NCBI GenBank assembly: GCA_049325335.1
Contig: JBMOMC010000044.1
Span: forward strand, 64,001 to 128,000
From: Nitrospirota bacterium
GTDB lineage: Bacteria; Nitrospirota; Nitrospiria; 2-01-FULL-66-17
Direction of reading: 5' to 3'
DNA length: 64,000 nt
The notes under the pieces were generated by a model, which worked only from the letters and a program-made list of their open reading frames with translations, searched no databases and was not told the origin of the DNA. The translations under genes were made by a program, and so were the position numbers. Of this stretch, positions 47,077 to 56,892 are shown one piece after another (the stretch's first letter is position 1; each line of letters begins with the position of its first letter).

Positions 47077-47092
47077 TCTACCTATTAGTAGA
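47077..47092. promoter_or_regulatory. Second TetR operator TCTACCTATTAGTAGA
   Basis: 14/16 identical to 46451-46466; upstream of the SDR operon. Confidence 0.7.
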
Positions 47093-47176
47093 TCACTTTA
47101 TGTCGATGGCCCGGTTCCCATCGGGCACAGAGTAACCACCGGCCGTATTGGCTGACAACACGAGGAGGATCCACTC

Positions 47177-47926
47177 ATGAAACGATTCGAAGGAAAGGTC
47201 GCCGTGATCACCGGCGGAAACAGCGGCATCGGCCTGGCCACCGCCAAGCTATTCCGGGAACAGGGCGCCAAGGTCGCCATCACCGGCCGTGACAAAAAGA
47301 CGCTGGACGACGCGGTCACAGCGCTGGGCTCCGGCACGATCGGCATGCAGGCCGACGTGCGTGAAGCGGGCGCACTTGATCGCCTATTCAAGACCGTCTC
47401 CAGCCAGCTTGGCAAGATCGACGTGCTCTTTGCCAACGCCGGGGTCGCCAAGTTCGCCCCGATCGCGGACACACCGGAATCGCTCTATGACGAAGTGTTC
47501 GACATCAACGTAAAGGGGGTGTTTCTCACGATCCAAAAGTCCCTGCCGCATCTGAATGACGGCGCCGCCATCGTGTTGAACACCACGTTCTTTACCCAGG
47601 CCGGCATGCCGGGAACCAGCGTGTACTCCGCGAGCAAGGCCGCGGTCCGTTCGTTCGTCCGCGTCGCGGCCGCAGAACTTGTGGGCCGTGGGATTCGTGT
47701 CAACACCGTCAGCCCGGGCCCGATCGCCACGCCGATCTATGGACGACTGGGATTGCCGAAGGAGGCCGTAGACGAAATGGCCAAAGGCATCCTCGCGCAG
47801 GTCCCAATGAAACGCTTCGGCCAGCCCGAAGAGGTCGCGCAAACCGTGCTGTTTCTCGCCGGCTCCGACGCATCGTACATCACCGGCGTGGAAATCGAAG
47901 TGGGCGGGGGGATCGGACAGGTCTAA
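47177..47926 (+). CDS. Short-chain dehydrogenase/reductase
   Basis: TGGNSGIG, NAG, YSASK, VSPGP. Confidence 0.95.
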   Translation: MKRFEGKVAVITGGNSGIGLATAKLFREQGAKVAITGRDKKTLDDAVTALGSGTIGMQADVREAGALDRLFKTVSSQLGKIDVLFANAGVAKFAPIADTPESLYDEVFDINVKGVFLTIQKSLPHLNDGAAIVLNTTFFTQAGMPGTSVYSASKAAVRSFVRVAAAELVGRGIRVNTVSPGPIATPIYGRLGLPKEAVDEMAKGILAQVPMKRFGQPEEVAQTVLFLAGSDASYITGVEIEVGGGIGQV

Positions 47927-47949
47927 CCAAGTCTAACGAGGAGAACGCC

Positions 47950-48366
47950 ATGCCACTGACTCTCACACTTTCGGAAGGCGTGTTGCCACCGGGAACCGAA
48001 CAACAAGCGTTCGCGCGCCTATGCGACGCCATGCTGAAATGGCACGATCTTGCGGGCAATGCGGTCATGACGCCCAACGTCACGGGCTCGATCCACGTCA
48101 TCCCGAAGGGACTCACGTTCTCTGGGTCGAAAGAAACGCCCGGCGCCTGGATCGAATGGAAAGTGCCGTCGTTTGCGTTCAACACCAGGGAAGTTCAGCA
48201 AGGGTATTTCTCGGAAGCCACCGACATCATTCACAAGCTGTCGGGCAAGAAGCTGCCTAAAGAGCGTATCTGGATCAACGTTGTCCACGCGGTCGATGGC
48301 GCGTGGGGTATCAACGGCCAGGCACTGACCAACGCCCAGTTGGGCGAAGCGATTTCCAAGGGTTGA
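47950..48366 (+). CDS. Tautomerase superfamily (4-OT/MSAD-like) protein
   Basis: N-terminal Pro after Met; WINVVHAVDG.WGI.G. Confidence 0.75.
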   Translation: MPLTLTLSEGVLPPGTEQQAFARLCDAMLKWHDLAGNAVMTPNVTGSIHVIPKGLTFSGSKETPGAWIEWKVPSFAFNTREVQQGYFSEATDIIHKLSGKKLPKERIWINVVHAVDGAWGINGQALTNAQLGEAISKG

Positions 48367-48375
48367 GAGGAGACC

Positions 48376-48768
48376 ATGAGCACGAACGATCTACACCAGG
48401 TGACCGCGCGGTACTACCAGTTGATTCGGATGGCCGATGTGGAAGGATTCGTCGGTCTCTTCGCGGGCGACGGCGTCAGCCACGATCCCGTCGGCGCGCC
48501 TCCCCACGTTGGGCATGACGGGGTCCGTGCGTTTTTGACTGGCGTCCTCGGTCTGTGCGAAAAGTTAGACATTGTACCGGTGGATATCGTGTTCGATCAG
48601 AATCGCGCCGCGGTGACGTGGAACGCAACGGCGCGCGGCAAGAACGGCACTAAGACGAAATTTAGCGGGATCGACGTGTTCACCTTCGATCAGGACCTTC
48701 GGATCGCGTCGCTCTATGCGTTTTGGGACGCGGGGCCGGTGATGGAGGTATTGACCGCGCGCGGCTGA
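48376..48768 (+). CDS. NTF2/SnoaL-like (ketosteroid isomerase-like) protein
   Basis: LFA.D...HDPVG.PPH.G..GVRAF, GIDVFTFD..RI. Confidence 0.85.
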   Translation: MSTNDLHQVTARYYQLIRMADVEGFVGLFAGDGVSHDPVGAPPHVGHDGVRAFLTGVLGLCEKLDIVPVDIVFDQNRAAVTWNATARGKNGTKTKFSGIDVFTFDQDLRIASLYAFWDAGPVMEVLTARG

Positions 48769-48867
48769 GTGTTTGATGGGTGGCTCATCTTCGCTGGACC
48801 AGTTGGGAACAGGAGTGCCCTTCATGAAGTAAAGAAGCACCATTCCCATATTGCTCGCACTGAACGC

Positions 48868-49320
48868 TTACGGTTCCACCGTGTCCGGCAGAATCTTGTC
48901 CAGCAAGGCGGTGAGTTGCCGAATCTCATTGCTCGTCAAACGGCTCGCAAAGTGCCGTGTGATCGCCGCCGCGTACACTGGCCACATCCTGCGCACGAGG
49001 CGCCGGCCCGCGTCCGTGAGGACGACGAGGCTGCCGCGGCCATCCTCCGGACAGGCCACTCGCCTCACGTGCCCCTCCGTCTCAAGGCGGTCCATCAGGC
49101 GCGAGACATTGTACTTACTGAGGAGCACCTTCGCCCCGATCTCGTACTGCCGAATTTCATGGCGCGGCATCCGATGCACTTCGATCAGGACGTCGTACCA
49201 CGTCAGCGGGGGAAGACCGGCGTCCTTCAGTTCCGCCTCGACCCGCTCTAAGAGGACACTCTGCGCACGCAGGAGACGAGCCCAAGCAAGGACCGTTGAT
49301 TCTGGTATGCGTTCGGCCAC
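48868..49320 (-). CDS. MarR family regulator
   Basis: L.L.WYDVL, SRL.DRLE..G.V.R..C.EDGRG..V.LT..G; GTG start 49320. Confidence 0.9.
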   Translation of the reverse strand: MAERIPESTVLAWARLLRAQSVLLERVEAELKDAGLPPLTWYDVLIEVHRMPRHEIRQYEIGAKVLLSKYNVSRLMDRLETEGHVRRVACPEDGRGSLVVLTDAGRRLVRRMWPVYAAAITRHFASRLTSNEIRQLTALLDKILPDTVEP

Positions 49321-49340
49321 GACCCCAGCGTAGCAAATTA

Positions 49341-49400
49341 TAGTTGCATATACAACCAGAATGTGGTTTACTTGCAAATGTAGTTGCATATGCAACTACA
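49341..49400. promoter_or_regulatory. Paired MarR operators
   Basis: TAGTTGCATATACAACCA (49341-49358) and perfect 22-bp palindrome TGTAGTTGCATATGCAACTACA (49379-49400). Confidence 0.8.
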
Positions 49401-49423
49401 AACATTTCGCCTAGGAGGAAGAT

Positions 49424-49774
49424 ATGGCACAGGTCATCACCCGCAGCGAGATTCAGCAACACCTTGACTCGACCCGCCCCATCACGCTGGTCGAGGCCCT
49501 ACCCGAGCGCTTCTACGCGGACGGCCATCTGCCGGGAGCGCTCAACATCAACCACGATGAAGTGGAGGCGAAAGCCCCCGACCTTCTGCCGAACAAGGAC
49601 GCGTTCATCGTGGTGTACTGCGCCAATTCTGCGTGCGACAACTCCTCGATCGCCGCCAACAAGCTGACTCAGCTCGGGTATCGCAACGTCCGCACATACG
49701 CCGAGGGCAAGCAGGACTGGGTTGGTGCTGGTTTACAACTGGAAAAGAGCGCCGGCACTCACGCGACCTGTTAA
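49424..49774 (+). CDS. Rhodanese-like domain protein
   Basis: Y..GHLPGA.NI, VVYCANSAC, Y.EGK.DW; GGAGGA RBS. Confidence 0.92.
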   Translation: MAQVITRSEIQQHLDSTRPITLVEALPERFYADGHLPGALNINHDEVEAKAPDLLPNKDAFIVVYCANSACDNSSIAANKLTQLGYRNVRTYAEGKQDWVGAGLQLEKSAGTHATC

Positions 49775-49812
49775 CACGGACCGGTGGGCCGGGCGAACCC
49801 CGACCCACCGGT

Positions 49813-50305
49813 AAGGACGCCGAAATCATTGGCTACGCCGCACCGTACGGGGTGTTCTCCGCGGCAAGACGATTCGATCCAGAACTCGATGTGTTTCTGA
49901 TCGCCGACGCCATGCGGGCGGTGCAGACGCAGGCGGGATTCACGGTGCTGCTGAATACGCGTTCGCCGACCGCCCTCACATGGACGCTTTTCTCATCCCC
50001 AGTGGGTTCGGTACTCGGCAAGAGATGTATAACCAGTATCTGCACGACGTTATCTGTGCGCTGCCCGCGTCGTGCCTGTTAACCAGCGTCTGCACCGGAT
50101 CGTGGGGCTACGGGAAGATGGGCCTGCTCAACGGCTTGCCTGCGACCAACCGCAAAGAACCTGATCGCCTGGAGGCCTCGGCGCTGGGCAAGGTGCCCAT
50201 CGATCGCTTGGCCGAGATTGCCCCGGCGTGCCGAATCAGCCGCGCGCGGGTTGTCGACGCCGGGCGGATCACTACCGCGGGCGGGATCGCGTCGGGCATG
50301 GAGAT
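49813..50305 (+). pseudogene. DJ-1/PfpI family pseudogene
   Basis: No start codon; 1-nt deletion near 49956 (AATAC for AAT TAC); SVCTG, RVVD.G.I.TAGGIASG; C-terminus lost. Confidence 0.75.
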
Positions 50306-50329
50306 CCGAGCGGCCGCGTTCCAGTCGGT

Positions 50330-50761
50330 TCATGCGTGGGGCGCAATCACCTTCCGGAAGTGCACGCTGGCCCGTTCCATACCTCGCAGGTCGTAGAAAC
50401 GGTGGGCATCCGTTCTGTGAATTCCCGAGTCGAGGTGCACCTGCTCGCAGCCCGCCTCAGCCGCCTGAGTCATCAACCACGACAACAGCGCGGCGCCGTA
50501 GCCGCGTGAGCGATGGCTTGAGCGCGTCACCAGATCATCGACGTAGAGGAACCGCCCCCAGGCCAGGTTCTCCCCGATTCTATAGCCGGCGACGGCCACA
50601 GGCTCGATGCCTTCGAGGATGTAGGCGAGGCTGTAACCTGATGGCGCTTGGCGTCGCACTCGGGACACGAAATCGCGTTCGGTCACATGCGGGCGCAGCT
50701 CGCGCATCACGGGGAGACATGCCGCAATTTCTTCGTCTGATTTCGCCAGTCTGATTTCCAT
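50330..50761 (-). CDS. GNAT family N-acetyltransferase
   Basis: LYVDDLVT....RSRGYG, LDSG..R.DAHRFY. Confidence 0.92.
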   Translation of the reverse strand: MEIRLAKSDEEIAACLPVMRELRPHVTERDFVSRVRRQAPSGYSLAYILEGIEPVAVAGYRIGENLAWGRFLYVDDLVTRSSHRSRGYGAALLSWLMTQAAEAGCEQVHLDSGIHRTDAHRFYDLRGMERASVHFRKVIAPHA

Positions 50762-50833
50762 AGCCTCCAGAAGGCTCTTTCGGTGGTGATCGAATGATGC
50801 GCCACCTACGCGCCCACTCGGGATGAACGCTGG

Positions 50834-51442
50834 TTAGCGCTCCGCTTTGGGGATCACGAGCTTCAGCGCGGTATGCGTCTCAGAAAAACCGACCACCTTG
50901 TTGGCAACCAACCCCGCCGCGCGGGCCGCGGCCATCACGTCGGTATCTTTGATGCGCGCCTGCTTGCCCTTGAGCGAGACGACCCAGATCGCCCCGTCGG
51001 GCTTGAGCGAGGCCTTGATGCGCGTGAGCGAGTCGAGCTCGTCGAGGCTGTCGGCCGCATAGAAGAGCAGGTCTACATCGCGCTTGGGCTTGGGAGTGAT
51101 CTGGTCCGTCCGGGTCTGAAGTTGTGTGAGAAACGTCTGATCCTGCACGCCGATCACGCACACACTCGCGCCGGGTTTGACGCCCAGCTTATCGAGTAGG
51201 CCTTTGGGGTTCTTGATCTTGCTCGCCCACGCCTCGGCTGTTTTTCCCAGTTCCAACACGGCCGTACCTGCTGGAACGGTCAGCGTGAGGCGGCCGTCTC
51301 GCGCCTCAACATGCGTGAGATTCTTGAGTGGGATCGGGAGCCGAAAGTCTCCCCGGAACACCAGGCTGGTTGAATCGAGGTGGGCCGTGCCTTTGGAACT
51401 GCGCCCCTCAAACCAGCAGGTACAACGTGCCTCTGACCCCAT
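50834..51442 (-). CDS. DUF3052-like hypothetical protein
   Basis: L.DKLG.K, L...G.IWV...K, GLV.NKV..FS..H.AL. Confidence 0.65.
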   Translation of the reverse strand: MGSEARCTCWFEGRSSKGTAHLDSTSLVFRGDFRLPIPLKNLTHVEARDGRLTLTVPAGTAVLELGKTAEAWASKIKNPKGLLDKLGVKPGASVCVIGVQDQTFLTQLQTRTDQITPKPKRDVDLLFYAADSLDELDSLTRIKASLKPDGAIWVVSLKGKQARIKDTDVMAAARAAGLVANKVVGFSETHTALKLVIPKAER

Positions 51443-52100
51443 ACCCTCAGCCGATCATGTGACGAGCCATACTGACGATGAGCACCAAATATATCGCAGA
51501 ACGGCAGCCTCGCCGTCAATCTCGCCTTCCAAGCGCGGTTCGTTCTCACGAACGCGGCGCGCGGGCCGTCTCAGCGACTCCCGCTGACAGCAGTCACCCA
51601 GTAAAGCCCGGCCACTCCCCAACATGGCTCCACAACCCGCTCAACCCGCCAGCCGTCGTGGCTTACGCTCGCCATCCCGTACGTTCACACAATGGTCATA
51701 CGCCGTCATTGTCCTGTCCCGTTCGGCATGTGCGGTGCCTGACGCCAACGCCAACGGGCGATGTACCAAGAAAGACCTGAAGGCGTTCAGCGTCGCGTCG
51801 AATATCGCCAAGGCGAACTTTTTCATCAACCCTTGGGTCACCTGTCGTCACGCCAATTTGGAACGTACGTCACGTGGGGTGGGGCACGGACCACCTCACG
51901 TTTTCCCCCTGCAAAACGGACATTTCACCATGAGTCGAAGCACCACCGACGCACGACCGCGTCTGAACACCAGAATCCCTAAGACAATGTCATCGAATCG
52001 TCACAACCCGATCATGTTCCCGTCAAAGTCCCGGCGTAGAGTGGAGCACGTTGAGCGTGAGCCCCGGCCCGAGCAAGGGCCACAACGCGAGGAGGAGTTA

Positions 52101-52508
52101 ATGGGAACGATGCACATGGCGGGGACCAGGATCGAACGCCTGCTGTTCATCTACAACGCGGACTCCGGCACATGGGGCGCGTTCGTGGACAGCGCCAAAA
52201 AGCTTCTGATGATCAACGGTTGCGCCCTGTGCAGCATCACACACGGGCTGGCCGGCGAGCGGTCGGAGTGGAAAGACTGCAAGGAGGAATTGGGGGTGCC
52301 GATCGACTACGTGCATCGGGACGAGCTGACTTCGCAGCTCAAGGCATTGGTCGGCGACGCGCTCCCCTGCATCGTGGCCCAGACCCGTTCCGGACCGATC
52401 CTCTTGGTGCGGCCGGAAGTCCTGGAGCGTTGTCGGGGCAGCGTCGGCGAGTTGAAGGGCAAGATTCTGTATTACGCCGGGTTGAAAGACCTGGAGCTCG
52501 CCGCATGA
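52101..52508 (+). CDS. Conserved hypothetical protein (CxxC, thioredoxin-like)
   Basis: GGAGGAG RBS; IYNADSG, CALCSITHG....EWK, HRDE, LPC. Confidence 0.75.
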   Translation: MGTMHMAGTRIERLLFIYNADSGTWGAFVDSAKKLLMINGCALCSITHGLAGERSEWKDCKEELGVPIDYVHRDELTSQLKALVGDALPCIVAQTRSGPILLVRPEVLERCRGSVGELKGKILYYAGLKDLELAA

Positions 52509-52589
52509 CACGGGGTTCTTGATAGTGCTGGAGCACGCAGCAAGAGAGGAGGATCATGAATGACCACTCGACACCCAAGGAGAACTGGC

Positions 52590-53090
52590 ATGAACACGAC
52601 TCGATTTTCCGTTGCCGCCCTGTTGCTGGCCGTCGGTCTCGCGTCTCCCTTCGCCCACGCCGAGATGATGGACAAGGGCATGATGCAGGACAAGGGCATG
52701 ATGCAAGACAAGAAAATGATGGGCGGAGAGATGACCGGCATGTTGATGGGCGCCAAAGATCACCATGCGAGCGGGACCGTGTCCCTCACCAAGGATATGG
52801 GCGGTCACACTCTGTTGCGCGTGGAGAATCTGAAGGTTGACAAGGTGCCTGACGGCCGCGTGTACCTGGCCAAAGATGGAGACTACACAAGCGGCGTGGA
52901 GCTTGGGAAGCTCACGCAATTCTCCGGCACGGTACAGTACGCGATCCCAGCCACCGTCGATCCCGCTGACTACAACAGCGTGGTGATCTGGTGCAAGAAG
53001 TTCAACGTGGAAATCGGCCGGGCCATGTTCGACGCAGATGGAATGACGGCGGACGACCACATGCAGGACAAGGGCATGATGAAGCAGTAG
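52590..53090 (+). CDS. DM13 domain periplasmic protein with Met-rich MQDKGM repeats
   Basis: Signal peptide; HHASG, PD..VYL, Y.SVVIWC..F.V..G.A; 18-nt tandem repeats. Confidence 0.85.
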   Translation: MNTTRFSVAALLLAVGLASPFAHAEMMDKGMMQDKGMMQDKKMMGGEMTGMLMGAKDHHASGTVSLTKDMGGHTLLRVENLKVDKVPDGRVYLAKDGDYTSGVELGKLTQFSGTVQYAIPATVDPADYNSVVIWCKKFNVEIGRAMFDADGMTADDHMQDKGMMKQ

Positions 53091-53200
53091 ACTGATCAAC
53101 ACGGCTCGTGCATGGCTGTACCACCATACTCACCGTGGCGAGCGGTCACGCGTCGCCGGGAAACGTCGTGGGTGGCCGGCGGCATAGCGGAAGGACCTGG

Positions 53201-54028
53201 ATGCGGCGTCCCAGATTGGTGCTGACGATTCTCGTTCCCCTCCTTCTGGCGTCGGGGGAAGTTCATGGCGCACCGAGGGCCGAGCGTTGGACCTTCTGGG
53301 ATGCCTCGCGGTCAGACAGCGCGGTACCGGTCGATCACACGGCGTGGGATCGATTCTTGGCATCCTACCTGATATCCGAACATCCGAGCGGGATCAACCG
53401 TGTGCGGTACGCCGACGTCACCACGGCCGATCGAAAGGGCCTCAAGGCCTACCTGGCTCAACTCCAAGCGGTCAAAGTGCGGAGGTTAAACCGAACGGAG
53501 CAAAAGGCCTACTGGATCAACCTCTACAACGCCCTGACCGTCGACGTGATGCTTGATCACATTCCGGTGGCAAGCATCATGGAGGTCAACATCTCCCCGG
53601 GCTTGCTGAGTCGCGGACCGTGGGGGAAGAAGCTGGTTGCAGTCGAGGGCCAGGACCTGGCGCTTGACGACATCGAGCACCGGATCCTCCGGCCGATCTG
53701 GCAGGACCCGCGCGTGCACTACGCTCTGAACTGCGCAAGCCTCGGATGCCCCAACCTCCAGCCCAAGGCGTTCACCGCGGAGAACACCGAACTGATGCTC
53801 GATCAGGCTGCGCAGGAGTACACCAACCACCCGCGCGGCGTCACCGTCAAGAACGGCCGGATCGTCGTGTCGAGCATCTACGTCTGGTTTCAGGACGACT
53901 TCGGGGGCACCGACGCAGGTGTGCTGGCGCACATCCGCCGTTACGCGGACGATCGGCTTCGACGGAAACTCGAGCGCATCACGCGGATCTCCGATCACGC
54001 GTACGACTGGCGCATCAACAGCCCCTAA
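53201..54028 (+). CDS. DUF547 domain protein
   Basis: DH..WD, AYWINLYNA.T, LDDIEH.ILR, DPRVHYALNCAS.GCP.L, SIY.WF..DFG. Confidence 0.92.
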   Translation: MRRPRLVLTILVPLLLASGEVHGAPRAERWTFWDASRSDSAVPVDHTAWDRFLASYLISEHPSGINRVRYADVTTADRKGLKAYLAQLQAVKVRRLNRTEQKAYWINLYNALTVDVMLDHIPVASIMEVNISPGLLSRGPWGKKLVAVEGQDLALDDIEHRILRPIWQDPRVHYALNCASLGCPNLQPKAFTAENTELMLDQAAQEYTNHPRGVTVKNGRIVVSSIYVWFQDDFGGTDAGVLAHIRRYADDRLRRKLERITRISDHAYDWRINSP

Positions 54029-54146
54029 TTTCAATCGCAATCGCGCGAGCGTGTGGTCGTTCGATCGTCCCCGTATGCTGCGCGACCGCGTCGCCGGACG
54101 GGGTATTGCAATCCTCGCGATTTTCGCCATACTTGAGCCCGCTGCC

Positions 54147-55634
54147 ATGGAATGGCTCGGACCTTTTCAGAGTCGCCGCCGGGAGGGATCCCGGCGCGAC
54201 ACATCGCTGACCACCCGTCTCGTTGGATTGATCGCCGTGGTCGTCGTGGCGACCCTCTCGCTGACCACGTGGCGGATCTACGTGGATCGGAACCGGTCGC
54301 TCGAAGACGACCTCGGGCAACGACTCTTGAGCATCGTGCAGACCGCGGCCTTGATGATCGACGGCGCCGCACACGAGGAGATCGCCGCTCCAGAAGATGC
54401 GACGATTCCCGAATTCCTCGAACTCCGTTCGCGCCTTCGGCTGGTCCAATCGGCCAACGGCCTGAACTCGTCCATCTACACGCTGCGGCGCCTCGGCAAC
54501 GCGACCGAGTTCGTGGTCATGACCGATGAGATGCCCTATATCGGCAACCGGTACCAGCTTCGCCGGGAAATGCTCCCCGTGTTCGAACAGGGTCGTTCGA
54601 CGTATACCCGTCTCTACGTGGATGATCACGGCGAGTGGATCTCGGCGTATGCGCCCATTCGCGACGCCACGGGGCATGTCGTCGGCCTGCTGGATCTCGA
54701 TTACCCGGCGGACACGTTTCAAACGGCATCGCGCGCCTACCGGAACCGATTGCTCGCGTTTTCCGCGTTCTCGCTGCTCATCGCGGGAATCTTGGGCGTC
54801 ATGTTCGCACGTTCCGTGGCAAGGCCGGTCCGTTCCCTCACCAACACCATGGCCCGCGTCATCGAGACCGACAATCTGGATGTGACGGTGCAACCTACCG
54901 GAACCATCCGCGAGATGAATGACCTCTCCCGCACGTTCAACATCTTGACCCGATCCCTTCAGCACTCGCGGGAGAAGGTTCGCACCACCCAAATCGTCAC
55001 GATCGGCAAACTTGCCTCGCTCGCCGAGAAACGCGATCCGGAAACGGGCGAACATCTCCTTCGAATGGCCGACTACACTAAGATCCTGGCCCGGCAGCTC
55101 CATCGCACCGATCCGTACCAGGACACGATTACGGAAGCCTGGATCGACGCGATCTATGAAGCCGCTCCCCTGCATGACATTGGAAAAGTCGCCATTATTG
55201 ACCGGGTCCTCCTCAAACCCGGGAAGCTGACCGATGAGGAATTCGCAATCATGAAAACTCACTCCGGTATCGGAGCCGCCGTGCTGGAGGGCGTGGACTT
55301 CCTGGACATCGCGAGCCAAATCGCCTGGAGCCACCACGAGAAATGGGACGGCACCGGCTATCCTCGGGGACTTGCCGGAACCGCCATTCCCTTGCCCGCA
55401 CGGATTGTCGCGCTGGCCGATGTCTACGATGCGTTGACGTCTCGTCGCGTCTACAAAGATGCGATGACCCACGAGGCGGCCCGACGCATCATTCTCGACG
55501 GACGCGGCAAACACTTCGCCCCGGACGTGGTTGAGGCGTTCGTCGACGTCGAACACGAATTCCTCCCGGTTCGCGAGCAATATGCGGATCTGAGCGCTCA
55601 GCCAAAGCACGAGCCGTACGACCGTGCCGCATAG
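54147..55634 (+). CDS. Membrane HD-GYP c-di-GMP phosphodiesterase (periplasmic sensor plus HAMP)
   Basis: Two TM helices, D..GEWISAYAPI, ETGEH, LHDIGK, HHEKWDGTGYP, ADVYDAL; start uncertain. Confidence 0.92.
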   Translation: MEWLGPFQSRRREGSRRDTSLTTRLVGLIAVVVVATLSLTTWRIYVDRNRSLEDDLGQRLLSIVQTAALMIDGAAHEEIAAPEDATIPEFLELRSRLRLVQSANGLNSSIYTLRRLGNATEFVVMTDEMPYIGNRYQLRREMLPVFEQGRSTYTRLYVDDHGEWISAYAPIRDATGHVVGLLDLDYPADTFQTASRAYRNRLLAFSAFSLLIAGILGVMFARSVARPVRSLTNTMARVIETDNLDVTVQPTGTIREMNDLSRTFNILTRSLQHSREKVRTTQIVTIGKLASLAEKRDPETGEHLLRMADYTKILARQLHRTDPYQDTITEAWIDAIYEAAPLHDIGKVAIIDRVLLKPGKLTDEEFAIMKTHSGIGAAVLEGVDFLDIASQIAWSHHEKWDGTGYPRGLAGTAIPLPARIVALADVYDALTSRRVYKDAMTHEAARRIILDGRGKHFAPDVVEAFVDVEHEFLPVREQYADLSAQPKHEPYDRAA

Positions 55635-56064
55635 CCGAAACCGACCGCAACGTGTCCGGACGAGCGATCACACCACCGGTTGCCGGCCGTGGATTCCCGC
55701 CGTTGGACTGCTCGCGGCACTTGTGCTCTCCCCGTTTGACACAGCCCTGGCTTCGGGAACGTTCGTTCCACCGCCGATCCCGCAAAACTTCAAGGACATC
55801 CCGATCAACGAAAAAATCGCGATTGGTGACGCGCTGTTTCATGGCAAGCCGAACAGCATGACTGGGCCGCTGCCGGGCAAGCCGTGTATCGAGTGCCACA
55901 TGGGGGACGCGCGCCTCAAACGCAAGCGACTGATCGAAATTCGAGACCATTTGGAAGAAGCCATCGCCAAGGAGCACCTCCTCCGCTACGGCGTTCCAGG
56001 AGACGAGGTGACCATCAAATGCCTGTACTACTACCTCTATTCGCGCTGGAGGTTGCAGCGGTGA
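55624..56064 (+). CDS. Small exported c-type cytochrome
   Basis: Signal peptide, IG.ALF.G, CIECH. Confidence 0.75.
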   Translation: MPHSRNRPQRVRTSDHTTGCRPWIPAVGLLAALVLSPFDTALASGTFVPPPIPQNFKDIPINEKIAIGDALFHGKPNSMTGPLPGKPCIECHMGDARLKRKRLIEIRDHLEEAIAKEHLLRYGVPGDEVTIKCLYYYLYSRWRLQR

Positions 56065-56885
56065 GGCGCCCCGCGCTGGGCGCAGCGCTGGGGCTGATCG
56101 TCATCGCCATGGCCTCCCCCGCATGGGCCGGACCCTGGACCGTGGCCGAAGGCGAAGCCGTGGTCTCGATGACCTACATCCAGACCGAGTTCGACCGCTT
56201 CTACAATGTCGACAGGGAACGGCGGACCCTGCCCGGGCCGATCCGGCACCGCGACGCGGTCCTCACCTTGACGTATGGGTTTATCGAAGACTGGGACGCG
56301 GCCATTCAGGTCAGTCGATACGACGCAGAGCGATTGTTTCCCGGCAACGAGGCGGCGCAATCAGGATTGGGCGACAGCCGGTTTGGCATCAAGCACCTCG
56401 TCTACCACGGCGCAATCGATGTAGCGGCCCAAGCGGGCATCAAGCTGGCTGGCCGATACGATGCTGACGTCATCCACTCACCCGGAGACGGCCAGACCGA
56501 TTTCGAGGCTCGCGTCCTGGGGGGCAAGTTTTGGGATCGCGCGTTCGTGGATCTCGAAGCCGCATACCGCCTTCGCCTCGGGCCGGTCTCTGACGAGTAT
56601 GAGATCTTGCTCGATGCCGGGTACGCGATCACCTCCTGGCTCCACGGTCGCCTGTTTTCACGGCTGGTGGACGCGCGAACCGGTGTGGGCTCCACCGATG
56701 ACCCTAATGTGGAATTGCGGTTGACCGAGGAAGACACCCTCTCGCTCGGGGGGGCGATCTCCCTTCGGCTGCTGTCGGGGCTGGAACTGACGCTGCAGTA
56801 CACCACGGTGGTCGCTGGTCGCAACACCCCGATCAGGCCCGACCTTGGTGTGAGCGTGGCGTACAGCTTTGACTTCTTTCTGTAA
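56061..56885 (+). CDS. Outer-membrane beta-barrel / transporter-family protein
   Basis: GTG overlapping previous stop; signal peptide AWA; GLGD, terminal YSFDFFL. Confidence 0.7.
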   Translation: MRRPALGAALGLIVIAMASPAWAGPWTVAEGEAVVSMTYIQTEFDRFYNVDRERRTLPGPIRHRDAVLTLTYGFIEDWDAAIQVSRYDAERLFPGNEAAQSGLGDSRFGIKHLVYHGAIDVAAQAGIKLAGRYDADVIHSPGDGQTDFEARVLGGKFWDRAFVDLEAAYRLRLGPVSDEYEILLDAGYAITSWLHGRLFSRLVDARTGVGSTDDPNVELRLTEEDTLSLGGAISLRLLSGLELTLQYTTVVAGRNTPIRPDLGVSVAYSFDFFL

Positions 56886-56892
56886 GCATCCA

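Noticed and set aside
51450..52100. Possible degraded cupin-like or membrane-protein fragments
   Set aside because: Only short ambiguous fragments in different frames; cannot be supported
52669..52715. 18-nt tandem repeats as a CRISPR or VNTR array
   Set aside because: In-frame coding repeats (MQDKGM) with no spacers and no cas genes
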